Assembly: GCF_964204645.1 (NCBI RefSeq)
Contig: NC_134025.1
Location: 11,098,001 to 11,162,000, forward strand
Length of the DNA: 64,000 nt
Reading direction: 5' to 3'
Source: Tubulanus polymorphus
Taxonomy: Eukaryota; Animalia; Nemertea
Numbering within the stretch: the stretch's first letter is position 1; each line of letters opens with the position of its first letter. Positions 25,473 to 38,425 of the stretch are shown here, in pieces. Position numbers and translations under genes: made by a program. The notes under the pieces were generated by a model. The model saw nothing but the letters and a program-made list of their open reading frames with translations, searched no databases and was not told where the DNA came from.

Positions 25473-27247
25473 TTGGAACGGGTACTTATTCATTTCAAAA
25501 ATGGCACTTACCAATTCAGAATGGTACCGACTACAAAATAAGTGAATACTATCATTTCTTACGTACATTCGGTAAGCTTCAAAGCTACCAGCCTTATCAT
25601 CGACGCAATAATACAATTTATCACCCTTATATTATAATTCAGAATTAAGTAAATAAGATGAAATCCGACTGATAAGCATTGTTCTTGAGTAGGAAGACAT
25701 GAAACGTGAATTGAATCATCGTGGACTTTTCCAGTATGATGAAGGAAAGTTAGTTGGAAGCTCTGCATACATAAACATCGACCGTAAACAGCTTACTCAG
25801 CCTGGACACTAAACGAAATATAGAGCCTATCTATGACTACATATGCATGACTCTAGACTTATTTTACATGACAACTGATCAGAGGGGCTTTTTAATTAGG
25901 GTTGGATGTCATTCCGCCTATAGATCAGAGTTACATGTCCGGCTGACAGATCAGGCAGCTGTATGGAGATATGTTAAAAAAAAGAACTCGGAAATGCCTA
26001 TGGCATTCCTGCATGTGATCGGAATAAAGCAATGAATCATATATTACTAACTGCGGCATTAACACCAGTCCAGTCTGCGTTAAAAAAAACAACTAGATAG
26101 CCCTATTATGTATTTATCTCATATATGCGAACTATGAATAGCCTGCATCAGCACTGTAGGTGTACGGAGTATCTGCACGGAACTTTTGCCATGGTAAACA
26201 AGCGAAGGAAATACTTGCCAATACAGATAACACCGACAGCCAAAATGATCGCATCAAATCTCGAAAAGTCGCTATCCTCATCGCGAAGGTTCTAACTCAT
26301 TCTTAAACTTTTTAAAAATTTTCATGTGGGGTGGGGCAACATCTTCGAGAAAAAGATCAAGATGAAACGAACATTCTCGATTTCACATTGACCAAACGCG
26401 GCCGAACGTTCTCGACATATTTTTCTTTTTTCGAAATTCCAATGACGGAGTGAAAAAAAACGACAAGACCAACTAAATCGCGGTGTTCTAATTTTTTCGC
26501 GCCGAAGACCAGTTGTATTGCCAGGCAACAACATTTATTTACACAAGAACAGCAGGTTTACCTAAGGTGCTGAGAACGAGGGATATATTACACACTCCCC
26601 CTATGTAATCTATCCTGCCAAACAGTGCCAGCTAGTAAAAAAAAAACACTGTGGCCAGGAGGTTCGTAGCTCTTGATGATGCGCCGTTTATTTTTTGCCC
26701 ATCCATGTGTTTATGCCGTACGAGCTCTCGCAGCCGGCTGAACTGTTTAGCAGTTACAGCTCCAGCCAGATGTATCTGGCATTTATAACACACTGGCCCA
26801 CTTAGGTCAGATTATTCAACAGCCGACTAGACGTAGTAACCAAAACATTACTCACGCCAGAAAATCCGTGGCGAATATACATATAACGATGGTGATAATA
26901 TACCGTAGTAGGCGCGGCGGCGGCGGCGGTGGTGTGGCGTACAGACGAAATAAAAACTGGAACAGGATGTGCTGCCCTCGATCTATAACCTCTAAAAACA
27001 ACCGTTTGCATGACCAACCGTTTACACAACAGGAAATTTCGAACTGACACAAAAACAAAGTCTGTTATAATACGCCATCATTTTCGATGTTTTTCACTGA
27101 GAACAAACTTGCCCAATCTAACTAGAATTACCATTCTATACAATGTCTATTACATTATAAAACCATGTCTTTTATTGATCCTAACAGTGGCATTACAGAG
27201 GGCTTTTTTGTAGTATGGACTAAGGTCAACTAGAAATAGGGTGGAGC

Positions 27248-27567
27248 GAGTCAGAGGTGTTCAAAAACAGTTTGAACTAAGAACTAATGCTATAAAACCA
27301 CACAGTCATATAGTAACTGGGCATATTACAGCAAATTAACCAGTTTAAGTTCCAAGGGACACACTACACCTCCTATTCCGAGAGGAAAGTTGGCAGTAAG
27401 AGGTATTCAAAAACAGATTGAACTACGAACTAATGCTATACAACCACAGTCGAACGGACACTATACCTCCAAAAAAGGACTGATGGCCCCGAGTCAGGTT
27501 TAAGGTATTCGAAAACAGATGAGAACAAACGACTAATGAATTGTTTGCTATAAAACCGCAGTCATAG
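27248..27567 (+). repeat. Degenerate tandem triplication (~105-145 bp units)
   Basis: AGGTRTTCRAAAACAG..GAAC..ACTAATG..CTATA.AACC.CAGTC appears three times; the intervening segments share GGACAC..ACCTC. Confidence 0.85.
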
Positions 27568-29952
27568 GGTTTTCTGGTTTATGAGGTTAACCACAGGTAT
27601 CTCAAACCTGTAGAATGGAGAATACTACATCGTGTTGCAATATTCGCCACTTTGGCTCCAGCCGACGCTTTCAATGTGTACTTTAAAAAATCAACCCCAA
27701 ACACTGGCCGACTGTCGATCATTGTCTCCCATTTCCAGCAACCAATTTCAAACCAATACGAACAACGCTGCCACGAAGCTATCGTATTATGAATGATTTA
27801 ATATTCGCGCCTCGAATAAAATAAAAAAGACATTTCTATCAATTCGCCGCGCCCTATGTATTTACGGTTTTCTGCGCAACGTTTTTCGATCTGAATTCGC
27901 CCGGGGCCGCGAGGCGAAGTCGTCCCCGCTGAAATTGTCGCCGTCAGCGCGCGGCGCAACGCGCCAACGTCGTCATTATCAGTCCAAAACCCGACTTACA
28001 TCAGTAAATTGAACTGCTCGACTTAAAAGGAATTCACGGCACACAAATTCCGTTGATAAATTCGATAATTTAACTTCGGCTTGTGAAATCGAGTTATTTA
28101 TTTGTCTTCGGTTTTTGGTCACATCAGCAATTCGACGCGTGATTGGGAAAAGAAGCCATCAGATGCGCGCGGCGTTCGAATTAGCAAAACGCACATCAAA
28201 GACGCCAATACGAAGGTATTTATTAAAGTGTCCGAGCGCCGAGCTTGCCATCACAATAGCCGATGGCAATAGTTAATGACGACGGGCTTTTTGTGCCGAG
28301 AATTTATGAATACTTGCTCGAAGTGTCAAAAATGAGTACTCGGATCGGAGCTATCTGCCGTTTGTAAAAAGCTTTTTGAAGTTAATTTCGACCCCGGTGG
28401 CAGAAAAGGATGCAATTGCCATCGAAAATATGAATAGAAACGCGTGAATTTCTATAAGAAATGAGGTGCGCGTTTGATTGATAGAAAAATCTAGTCAGAA
28501 ATTATGTTGATACGCGCGCTGGCTTCTTTAGGTCAAACCTATAAGCGCAGGCAGTCATTTCTGGATTGTAGGCCTACATAACCTTCAAGTAATCATTCAT
28601 ACTATTACTCCAAGATATAACATTCAGCCCTGCGAACAAAAAAAAACCTCCTTTGTTTAGAAAAGATTGTCTGTTGAATTATGGCGCTATCGTAACCGAA
28701 GACAGCCCGGTTAAACTTGAACCGACTTCACAGACTAGACAGCTGGACCTCAACTTCAACGAGCATCAGAGGCTGGTTGCGAGCGCACTGCCGTCATCGT
28801 AATTCACCAGATCAAAGAAGTCAGCTCGTTACTGAAGGTAATTCCAAGGTGATAAAATTAACAAAGTAAGAAAGGCCTCATGGAAAAAAACGTTCGGCGA
28901 CTGCTTTTGTAAACCGGCACATGACCACAAGAATAAAAATAAGTCAGAAACTTTAATTGACTGATAAGTGATATGACTAAAGTAAAAAGTAAAAGCTATA
29001 TAGTAGCTGCAGTAGATTCTACTTGGATCTCGTGGGACCGTAAACATGTGTCCGACTTGAGTGATATCCGGGGGGGGGGGAGGGAGGATGTATAGTACAT
29101 GCCCTTTTTTCCCTTAACTGACCTTGGAATATTCTCCCTAAGACTTTTGTTTAGAAAATAGTGAAACTGTGAGCACATTACATTCCTAGGAGACTGTTCA
29201 GAATGCAGCTGAATGCATCTAATTTTACAATCGCATCTGCGTAACTCGCTGATGATAGCTGCACTGTCATTACCGGCCACATACCCCTGTAAATAGTGAC
29301 CCAATATCGCATGTATGCCTTTCCCAAAAGCTATATCCGTCCCCGAAAAGATATCAACTAACTCTTCCCAAAAAGTCTACCGATGAGAAAATGTGAACGT
29401 ATGCGCACATATAAACCATGGGCTACTCCAGTCCTCGCGTTGAAAAAATCGACCCAGCTCCTGGTCTTTATGCACAAACGGCTTCATTATATCTCGATTA
29501 TACATTACATTTCATTGTAATATGGGGAGCGTTGAGAGAGAGAGAGTACTCAACTCGAGTAAAACAGCTCGTATTTTAATTGAATTATGCCTAGGAATCA
29601 TTTCGCTAATGAGTAAATATGCCCGCAATTATAGGCCAGTAAAAGACAACTGCCGGCGAAGTCGGTATTTGTTTAAAAGCTCAAATCGCATTAAAACCGA
29701 ATGGCCTGACGTCCCGTGTGGACGAAAATTAGACATCTATCACTTTAATGGCTTCATTTTCGAAATGGACTTCGAGTTTTCGAAAACGTAAATGACCTCC
29801 GCAGGGATAAGATTTTTCGAATCATCGCGTCGTAACACGCGCGATCATTCATCGCGATTTCGAATTTCGAAAAGCACGTATTTAAACCGTTTCGATTAGA
29901 GGCAATTTATAATAAACCAGACGATTATGTTAATTATGTTTTGTTGGGCTTT

Positions 29953-30262
29953 CAGCGGCGGACCTAGAGTAAGGTGCAGAGACTGCGCACCCCCCCTAAA
30001 ATTTTCCGAGCGCCCTTTTTTCGAATACATTCTTATATACACATTTACAGTTGCCATTATGTAGAAACAAGCCCTCAGTGCAATGACAAGTTTCTTAGTT
30101 GCCATAACGTAGAAAGTCCTAAATGCCATGACAAGTTTCACAGTTGCCATAACGTAGAAAAAGGTTGAAGTCTTGATTTTTCAAAATTTTTAACGCCAAC
30201 TATGAAGTATAGTGGCCTTTTTTTTAGCAGCCCCCTTTGATGAAATCCTAGATTCTTCCCAG
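29953..30262. mobile_element. CAGGGGCGGATC-family MITE with an internal ~45-48 bp tandem repeat
   Basis: Left end CAGCGGCGGACCTAG..GGTGCAG..GCACCCCC; right end CCCCCTTTGATGAAATCCTAGAT; AGTTGCCATWA.GTAGAAA occurs three times in 30049-30160. Confidence 0.65.
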
Positions 30263-31492
30263 TTCTTTTGCGAATTCGCGCAACTGGCTGTAGGAGTCAC
30301 TACAATCATCATCATCCTCATCATCATCGTCATCATCGCCTAACAACTCAAATTGTACTTCATAAAAAACGATTGTTAATCGAATTCACTTTCTTGCACT
30401 TACACGGGACGAAATCAAATATGAGCGGGAGAGAGAGAGATCCACATTGCACTGAGTCATTAATAGCGCATGCATTTCTTAATACTGCATCGGGGTGAAG
30501 TGCTTACAATTTTATATTGTCCATCTCGGCAAAATTGAGCCGACCAATTATTTTCAGTAATAGCCAAGCCGTCGTCCTCGTCATCGGTAGATGGATCGGG
30601 GTGGATGGAAACAGCGAGTCTTTCGATCATTTACTCCTCCAACCCCGACGACGCGTTGCGCGTACAGCCAACACACCCGAGTCGAGAATTGAAATGGAAA
30701 TGTGATGTTGCTACTAAACTGCCGGAAATGGGCAACACTTTACTACTACGACGACGACGGCGCGAGTGTGTGGCTGGATTCGACCTCGTTTAAAATGGAC
30801 AAATTCAAGTCGGGTATTAAGATACTGGCCATCAGCGCGCGCGGAAATCCGATATTTATGTCCACTACACGCGTGTGAGCGAGGACGCTGAAATGAATGT
30901 AAATATGAAGAAGGCAGCTAACGCAGAGATCAGGCAGGGGGCATTTTAAAGTTCAATCTCTGGCAATGAGACCCCGAGGGGTATTGATTTATTAGCGTAC
31001 AGATGAAAAACCGTGATTGAAATATAGCTCGAAGATACGAAAGATGAATGGCATAAGGGGTCAGCTTTAAAAACCATAGGAACGGTAGATGAATAAAAGA
31101 TGGCCACGCCATAAATCGCTCCCAATCCCCGCGAAAAACTAGTGATTCGAGCTTTACAGCCATGTTTCTGGAATCAACGAATTGAAATCACTGGTTGACA
31201 ATGTATGCAGGGAGACATTTTTTCATTACTAAGTGAAATTTCATTGAAATATGAAAGAAAATTAATCAGTTATCAAGGACGAACCCTCAGTAACGCCATT
31301 CACTAACTAACGTTCATGGCCCGTCGTAACAAATTATAGGGCGCCATTTTTGCGTAAACCAAGAAAGTCAAAATATTTTTCACGACGAATACTGAAAAAT
31401 CAGAGACAGTTTATATTGGCGACTATCTATATACAGGTCTATAGGGTATATATGTATGGGTCAATAGGGGTACTTAGGTTTAGTGACACCAA

Positions 31493-31595
31493 GGGCCCGG
31501 TTCCACAGTTGTGAGTTTCTGAGTTAAAACCAGTTCATTTTCAATGTTTTATCTCTGGAGTCTAATTTAACTCAGAACTGTGGAACTAGATCCTG
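31493..31595 (+). mobile_element. Harbinger-like MITE (GGGCCCGGTTCCACAGTTGTGAGTT TIR)
   Basis: ~25-bp imperfect TIRs; collinear with 51679-51794. Confidence 0.8.
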
Positions 31596-32723
31596 ACGCC
31601 TTAAATGCGGAATGGAAGTAATTCTGGCAAGTTTCGCGGGGCAGAAAGTCTTTTTTGAATTTAGACTGCGACGTCATTCTGACTATGAAATCTTACCACG
31701 CGTCGCCGTCTACCACGTACGTGTCGTGAGACGAACGTCTTAACGAAATCGAGTTTAATCTTAAAGTTAGCGTTAGTGTTCTTTAATTTTAAACTTCAAG
31801 GTATCGGCGTAATCGAATTTCCACCAGTTCATCTCGCCATAAATTCAAGTCTTCGTTGATTAAAGTTACATGCTCCTCATAATGACGGCATTAGCATCTA
31901 CTCCTGGGAGAGCGAGTCTTATTTGGCCAGCGAGAGAGCGGAGCGCGAGCGAAATCGCGCGCTGATTTAAAATTCCAGTCAGGAACTTCACAGTCAATTT
32001 CATTCAAATTTTATTTGAATACAACTCGCGAAGTCTATTGGATCGCGAACGCGTTCAGGATTCACCTCATGGCCGGACGCAAAATTGCCGCCGATCATGA
32101 TATGATGGCGTTGAAATGAAGCGCGTCTCGAGAATTCAAATGATCTGCGAAGTTTACATAAATTAAACACTCAAAGCGGAAACGCCGCGCCGTGCGGCGC
32201 AATGAGCACACTGGCGCACCAACGGCGGCGGGGGCGCCGCGGACACGCAGACAGCCAGTTTAAACAGTAGACAAGAGATTTGTTTACATTCTATCGGCTC
32301 TTTTTTCGACGACTTGAATTTCTTTTAATTTCAAACGGGCTTGGGCTTTAAAACTCGGTGTATAATCACGCGTCATCATATAACAAGTACGACTCGTGTG
32401 TGAGCTAGCTAGGTTGTGTGACGGGCTAGGTTGGTAATAAAATATAATTCGCCTATATCATCGTAGAAACCCCCTCGATCCTGGATTATCGCGCTTATTG
32501 AAAATGAGAAGCGTCCAGTTATTATTTATTTTCTATCCCACCTGGCTAATCGCTCGGAAGTAGAATCATCTAAAAATCCGATATCTTACTATAGAAACTA
32601 AATCAGTGACGTGATCAGTGACGTAATCGCTTACGCTAAGAAACGTTGGGCCGTATGAAATTAAACCAATAAATTTTATTTGAACCTTTATCAGTTAGAA
32701 TGGGAATCATAGTCAAAACTTAT

Positions 32724-32893
32724 TACAGACTTCGCCCGAGTCGGATCTGATCAACTCGGATAACCATTCAAATCGAATGCTTGTTGAAATATTTGTATGA
32801 CACTATATATGAAATGCATCACATCCAACTCTGATATCACTCAAGTCGAACACATATTTACGGTACCAAAAGACTTGAGCGGAGTCTACTGTA
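32724..32893 (+). mobile_element. pogo/Tigger-like MITE
   Basis: Right end GACTTGAGCGGAGTCTACTG+TA; left end TACAGACTTCGCCCGAGTC is its degenerate reverse complement. A CAGT terminus with a TA flank is typical of pogo elements. Confidence 0.7.
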
Positions 32894-33024
32894 CCTTGAA
32901 AATCTTCGAAAACTTCAAAATCTTCTATCCAGACAACAACATGACAAAAACATATTAAGAACATTCGAAGACGTCATTCTCGGAAGGCGGAACTCTATTA
33001 ATACGATAATAATAACCTAGCGAT

Positions 33025-33162
33025 GAGGGAGGGAGGGAGGGAGGGAGGGAGGGAGGAAGGGAGGAAGGGAGGAAGGGAGGAAGGGAGGAAGGGAGGAAGG
33101 GAGGAAGGGAGGAAGGGAGGAAGGGAGGAAGGGAGGGAGGGAGGGAGGGAGGGAGGGAGGGA
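33025..33162 (+). repeat. Polypurine (GGGA/GGAA)n tract
   Basis: 138 bp of pure purines on the + strand. Confidence 0.97.
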
Positions 33163-35470
33163 AATGCACAACTTTCAAAACGAATTAGCGCGGAAATGAA
33201 AAACGACAACGCCTGATTATTCTCCGTTATTTAAACGACTGCGTACGATTAATTTCGATTTACCTTTTAATTTATGAAGATTAATTATCGTAACATTAAA
33301 CGAACGTACAATACGGTCATTAAGTTATATACAACCGTAAAGTTCCAGTATTTTGCACTGCGTACACACGGGGCGACAGGGATCGGGCGTTTTAATAAGT
33401 TTCCTAACCTAACTGACTATGAAGCATCTATTAAGCATTTCCATAATCGGCTATGAGTCAATCGAGACTAACATATCCCCCCTGAAATTTTTCGAAAAAC
33501 ATTTTCATCAAACAAGGACATACGAAAATGGATCACGCGACTGACTCTAGGGTATCTAACCACTTCCATAATCAACATGTAGGCCTACCCACGTTTAGAA
33601 TAATATTTCTCTAAAAAAAAAAAACTATCGAAAGCATTTCTTTTTGTCAGGCGAGGAGGATGAAAACGGATCATGCATTTATCTATGAATACCAATCGCG
33701 GAGACGAATCGCTCGATCGGGCTTCCCTGACTCGAAAACAAACCGATCTACATGACCCGAGATCGAGCCGAATGTTCCGAAAGACAATGCGCGGAAATTA
33801 TCGCATGACGAAATTCGTCGTCGAAAATATAAACATACGAATCGCGTAAGCCGCCGAACGAACAAATTCGGATTTTTGACGGTTCTTACATATTTATTAC
33901 ATTTGGCTCAGTTTCTCCTATTCACGACGAACGACCCACGCGATTTACCTATTCATGGCTTTTTTTTTTTAAATCTTAAGTTCCGCGATCATGACTCGAC
34001 GAGATCAGCCGCGGGAGTTATTTTTTTTCGATCTACGGCTCTCTTTCGACGACGACGACAACGTAGTTACTTTCCCACGAGTCCGCATAGCCGTTCGCCT
34101 CGTTGTTACTAGTGGCCCATGACCCTTAACATATATATCGATTGTAGTTCTGAACCAGTTGAGTCCTTTTTAGGTCAGCGAAAATCATTTTGATTGTGGT
34201 GAAGTGGGTTTTTCAAAGCGCGCATGCAACGCGCCAATGTTGGGCAATGGCCCGAGCGTGTTAGGCCATTGAGTCAGTGGTTATTTTTGGACCGGCGTAA
34301 AAAATTCACGCTAAACAAGCACCTTAGTGACCTGTATATGCGCGCATAGTCTATGGTACGCTATAGAAATACCGAAGTCCTGTTCTTACGCAGGGAGAGA
34401 GATTACGATATCCAATGCAAACATATCCCACCGTATAGTCTAGAATAAGATTTTTCTTTACCGAAATTAAATCTAAAACAAGCCGACTTCCAATTTTGTT
34501 TTTTTCCGCCACGTAAAAAAGTCTTCAATGTAAAGTACGATTCTGATTAAAATCACCGAAAGTCGATCGTTTGGAAGACCTAATTTTTTCTCCAGCGCAT
34601 AACTCATGAAAGAATATACATACACAACATACGTATAAGCCAACCCGACATGAAGGAGTCACGAGGAGGAACACGGTTCCCATCAAAGATAGATACTCAA
34701 ACTTCTCAGTGGCTTATATTTCGAAAAACCCGGCAGAATAGATCAATGGCATTTGAAATGAGTTTTTATTTTGCCTTGCGCGTAATGGCGGCCTATACAT
34801 CGCCCATCAAATTAATTAAACTTCCCGTGCAGTATACAAAATACATCGGGTTTAAAAAAAAAACGTCTTTAAATCCCCTCCTCGCGCGATATACGGCAAC
34901 GAAAAGACCAGCCGAATGATTCGACGAAATTCCCGACTAAAGCAGTGATTAGAACGCGTTGGCCTTTGTTTCACCGGGATGGTCTTGGCGTCGACGCTTT
35001 CATCTCGACGCCGATTTTTAATACGGTCTTAACATCTTTCAAACTTAAAACCCGGCAAGCATGTTCAACGTGGCTTTGATGGGGCGCGCGCGCGCTTTTG
35101 TACGCAGTTGATTTTATCCATTTCGAAACTACGATATGCAAAATACGCATCTCTCTCTCTCTCTTGAACGGCTTTGAAGTTCGACGCAGACTTAGCTTTT
35201 TACACAAACGTCGAGTTGAATAAATGGGAAATAGGTGTTTAAAGTTTGAGCTCGGATAAGAGAACGTCGACAACTTTACCAGCTGTACCTAGATTATTCG
35301 AATCTTTTTCTCTCAAAATCTTCAAACCTACGAACAAAGTTTTGCCTAAGATTTCATTCTGACCTTTTCAAAATAACATTCGGTCGAGGAATTGAACGCT
35401 CGAATATTTAATTCAATTCAATATAGTTTATGAAAGCCGATATAATGAGAGCTCAGATAATACTTCCAAA

Positions 35471-35671
35471 CCCGGCTGGGATTCGAACCTGATGGCATCG
35501 AGACTTACCACCGTACGAGACTCACCACCGTACGACACCCTGCCACACTACAACGAGTGTGCAGCTACACGTACAGCTTAGATGAGGTCATTATTAGCCA
35601 AACAAATACCGTTTTACTTAAATTTGGGTTTTACTATTTATATATGCCATCAGGTTCGAACCCCTACCGGG
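35471..35671. repeat. 28-bp inverted repeat pair, each arm containing a Pol III B-box
   Basis: CCCGGCTGGGATTCGAACCTGATGGCAT (35471-35498) versus ATGCCATCAGGTTCGAACCCCTACCGGG (35644-35671), 3 mismatches; the spacer contains a 17-bp duplication. Confidence 0.75.
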
Positions 35672-36329
35672 AAGGATAGGGTGTCACAGTATCTTAAATC
35701 ACAATTACAGCAACAAAAAGAAGTAGACTTTACCCGAATCCACAACTCCGACATTTCGCAAGAATCGAAAGCTTTTAAACTATGCGTATATATGCGCGCG
35801 TGTCTTGCAGCAGTGATGGGGATAAAATACTGCATTTGAATTCGCGATTGCCGCGGCCATGAAAAGTGGCCATTTCGTATGCGGAGAACTAATAAGCCGA
35901 AGTTAATTGTTCGCAGTCGAGCCCTGTCCTCAGTCAGTAAAATGTCCACTTAATGGCCATAGAACGACCATTCTCAGGCAATATACAAGTGAATTAAGTG
36001 GACCATCAAAACAACTGCTAAAATGAAATGGACTATTTACTTACATCGATCAAATAACTAAGCAGCTTCGGTCGATATATCATGATCTCATCTACGCAGG
36101 GGCGGGGATGGCCGAGACAGGTCTTTCTGATAAGACTTTCAGGCGATCGTTTCTCGAGCGGCGGAGAAGCTATGTCCGTCACGGTGTATACAGAGGATTT
36201 CGCAGAAAAATTTTTAAGGCATGTTAGGGAGATGTTTCGATAATCATAACCCGCCGATGAAGCGTAGGCATTCAAACGGAAGCGCTTAAAAATGTGATTC
36301 CCTCTGATCTGAGCCATCAGTTCGCTAAC

Positions 36330-36755
36330 AAACTTGAGGAACCATGAATATGAAAACCCACCAAACTTGAGCAGCCATAAATATGAGAACCCACCAACTT
36401 GATGAACCAAGAATATGAAACCCACCTAACTTGGAAGAACCATGATTATGAAAACCGACCAAACTTGAGGAACCATGAATATGAAAACCCACCAAACTTG
36501 AGGACTATGAATATGAAAACACACCTAACTCAAGGAACCATCGATATGAAAACTGAACAAACTTGAAGAACCAAGATTAAGAAAACCCATCAAACTTGAG
36601 GAACCATGAATATGAAAAAACCCACCTAACATAAACAACCGTCAATATGAAAACCCACCTAACTTGAAGAACCGTCAATATGAGAACCCACCAAACTTGA
36701 GCAGCCATGAATACGAAAACCCACCGTACTTGAGGAACCATGCATATGAAAACCC
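36330..36755 (+). repeat. 33-bp minisatellite, ~13 copies
   Basis: Consensus AAACTTGAGGAACCATGAATATGAAAACCCACC, head-to-tail with no spacers. Confidence 0.95.
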
Positions 36756-38144
36756 TCAATAACGAATGCTTTTTACAGCATACAATAACGTGCATGAAGG
36801 TAATATTGATATTTGAATGTTATCAATGAAATTACTAATGGGAAAATCATAATGAAATTTTTATGCTCAATAAGCTAAGTTATTTGTTCGGGCGAACGGA
36901 AATTCATCATTCGGCCATCACCGGTTTAAAAAAACGCAGCCAGTTTGCATTATCAGAATGGATGGAGAAAATTCACTCGCAACATTTATGAAATATTAAA
37001 ACGCGAGTCCGCGTGTATAAATTGGATCGGCTGTTTCGTGCGTTCATGCGTGACCGACGACAAAAAAACCCGAACGACGACGATCGGCCGTTCGGTCGAC
37101 CCGCAATAAGCGAACAAGGCCGCAACTATTAATAATTCATTACAGAAACCGTATTTTCCGATGATGTAGTCGTCGTCCGTCCCTCTCTCCTCTCTTGCGC
37201 ACCGCGGGGAATTGTAAAATGTAAAATACGTGCTGTTGGCAATACAGGACCCGAGATCGGAATGACCCGGTACAAAAACACATGAGATAAGGCCAAAATA
37301 AACTGATACCTTGTTTCTCCTTATGGCCCCCCCCCCCCCGGGTCATTTTTGTAATATGCAATAAAAAATTTGTAATCAGTTCATTTCTATAGCTGCTGGG
37401 TCTGTTATTGTAAGCTTGATCATTCTTTTAAAGTAATGTACAGGGCGGATAGGTGGCTGGCCTGGTCAGCTTTCAAGCTCACTCCAAATGAGAAACAACG
37501 CATACAAGGTTTTTTCGGCCCTAAATACGTGCTGTTGTGGCGTTACGGGGCCGGCCGATGAGTTCCGAATTACCCCGGTAAAGAGAAAAAATCGACGGAG
37601 ATAAAAACTTTATGGTCGCTACTTTATGTGCCGTAAATTCAAAGCCGAGGCAAATCGACGATCGTTTCAGAACGGCCGCATCTGATGAAAGAATTGAAAT
37701 GGAATTTTCATACAATACGAAGCCACTTTCCTTGTACGCGTATAATGAAGTTTACCGTTTCGCGCGAGTAGCCATAAAATTCGTACTTCCGATCGAGGGC
37801 CGGCGTTACAGCCCAATTTCGCCGCGCATCAAAGAGCCAATCTCGAAAGGCCACTGCATCCTGTTCATTAACCGCCACGCAAAATTTTTAGTACTTCGTC
37901 GATGATGTTGTTGACAGACAACAATGCTAATCTTACAGAATGTTTTTTCGGAGGTTTGATTTCCTAATGAGTCGACTATAAATTGAGCTACTATACGCGT
38001 TATATAATGTAGACACGTTTGTTTTTTTTGCACCGCTACAATAATGTTTCCATACATTGATACATAGTATGCGCTATATAAGGGGTTCTGTGTGTCGTTG
38101 CGCAATACGTCATCAATATTGCTATTTCAAAATAACAATGATAA

Positions 38145-38425
38145 TTGTGACTTTTGGCGTTTATCTTCTAATTAGATATATTTCATATCTCCTTAATTCC
38201 ATTTTCTATAAATTTTGATAATTATTCTCGAGAGGACGTGCACTACGTCATCGATATATCGGGGCTAGACGGGTTGTCGGTCAATTCAATTCAATTATCG
38301 ATATACTCAAATCCGAAATAACTTTATTGAGTTTATACCTCAATATTACATAATTTATATATTACCTATTGTCGATGAAATGATGAAGCTATACATATAT
38401 ATCATATTTTTCAAGGTGTCAATAA
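38145..38425 (-). repeat. Interspersed repeat, copy 2
   Basis: Reverse complement of 20125-20385. Confidence 0.85.

Noticed and set aside
32955-33209. Proline-rich ORF (PSLPPSLPP...)
   Set aside because: It is a translation of the GGGA/GGAA microsatellite.
36330-36755. CRISPR-like 33-bp repeat array and the ORFs across it
   Set aside because: The units are contiguous with no unique spacers, there are no cas genes and the context is eukaryotic; it is a minisatellite.
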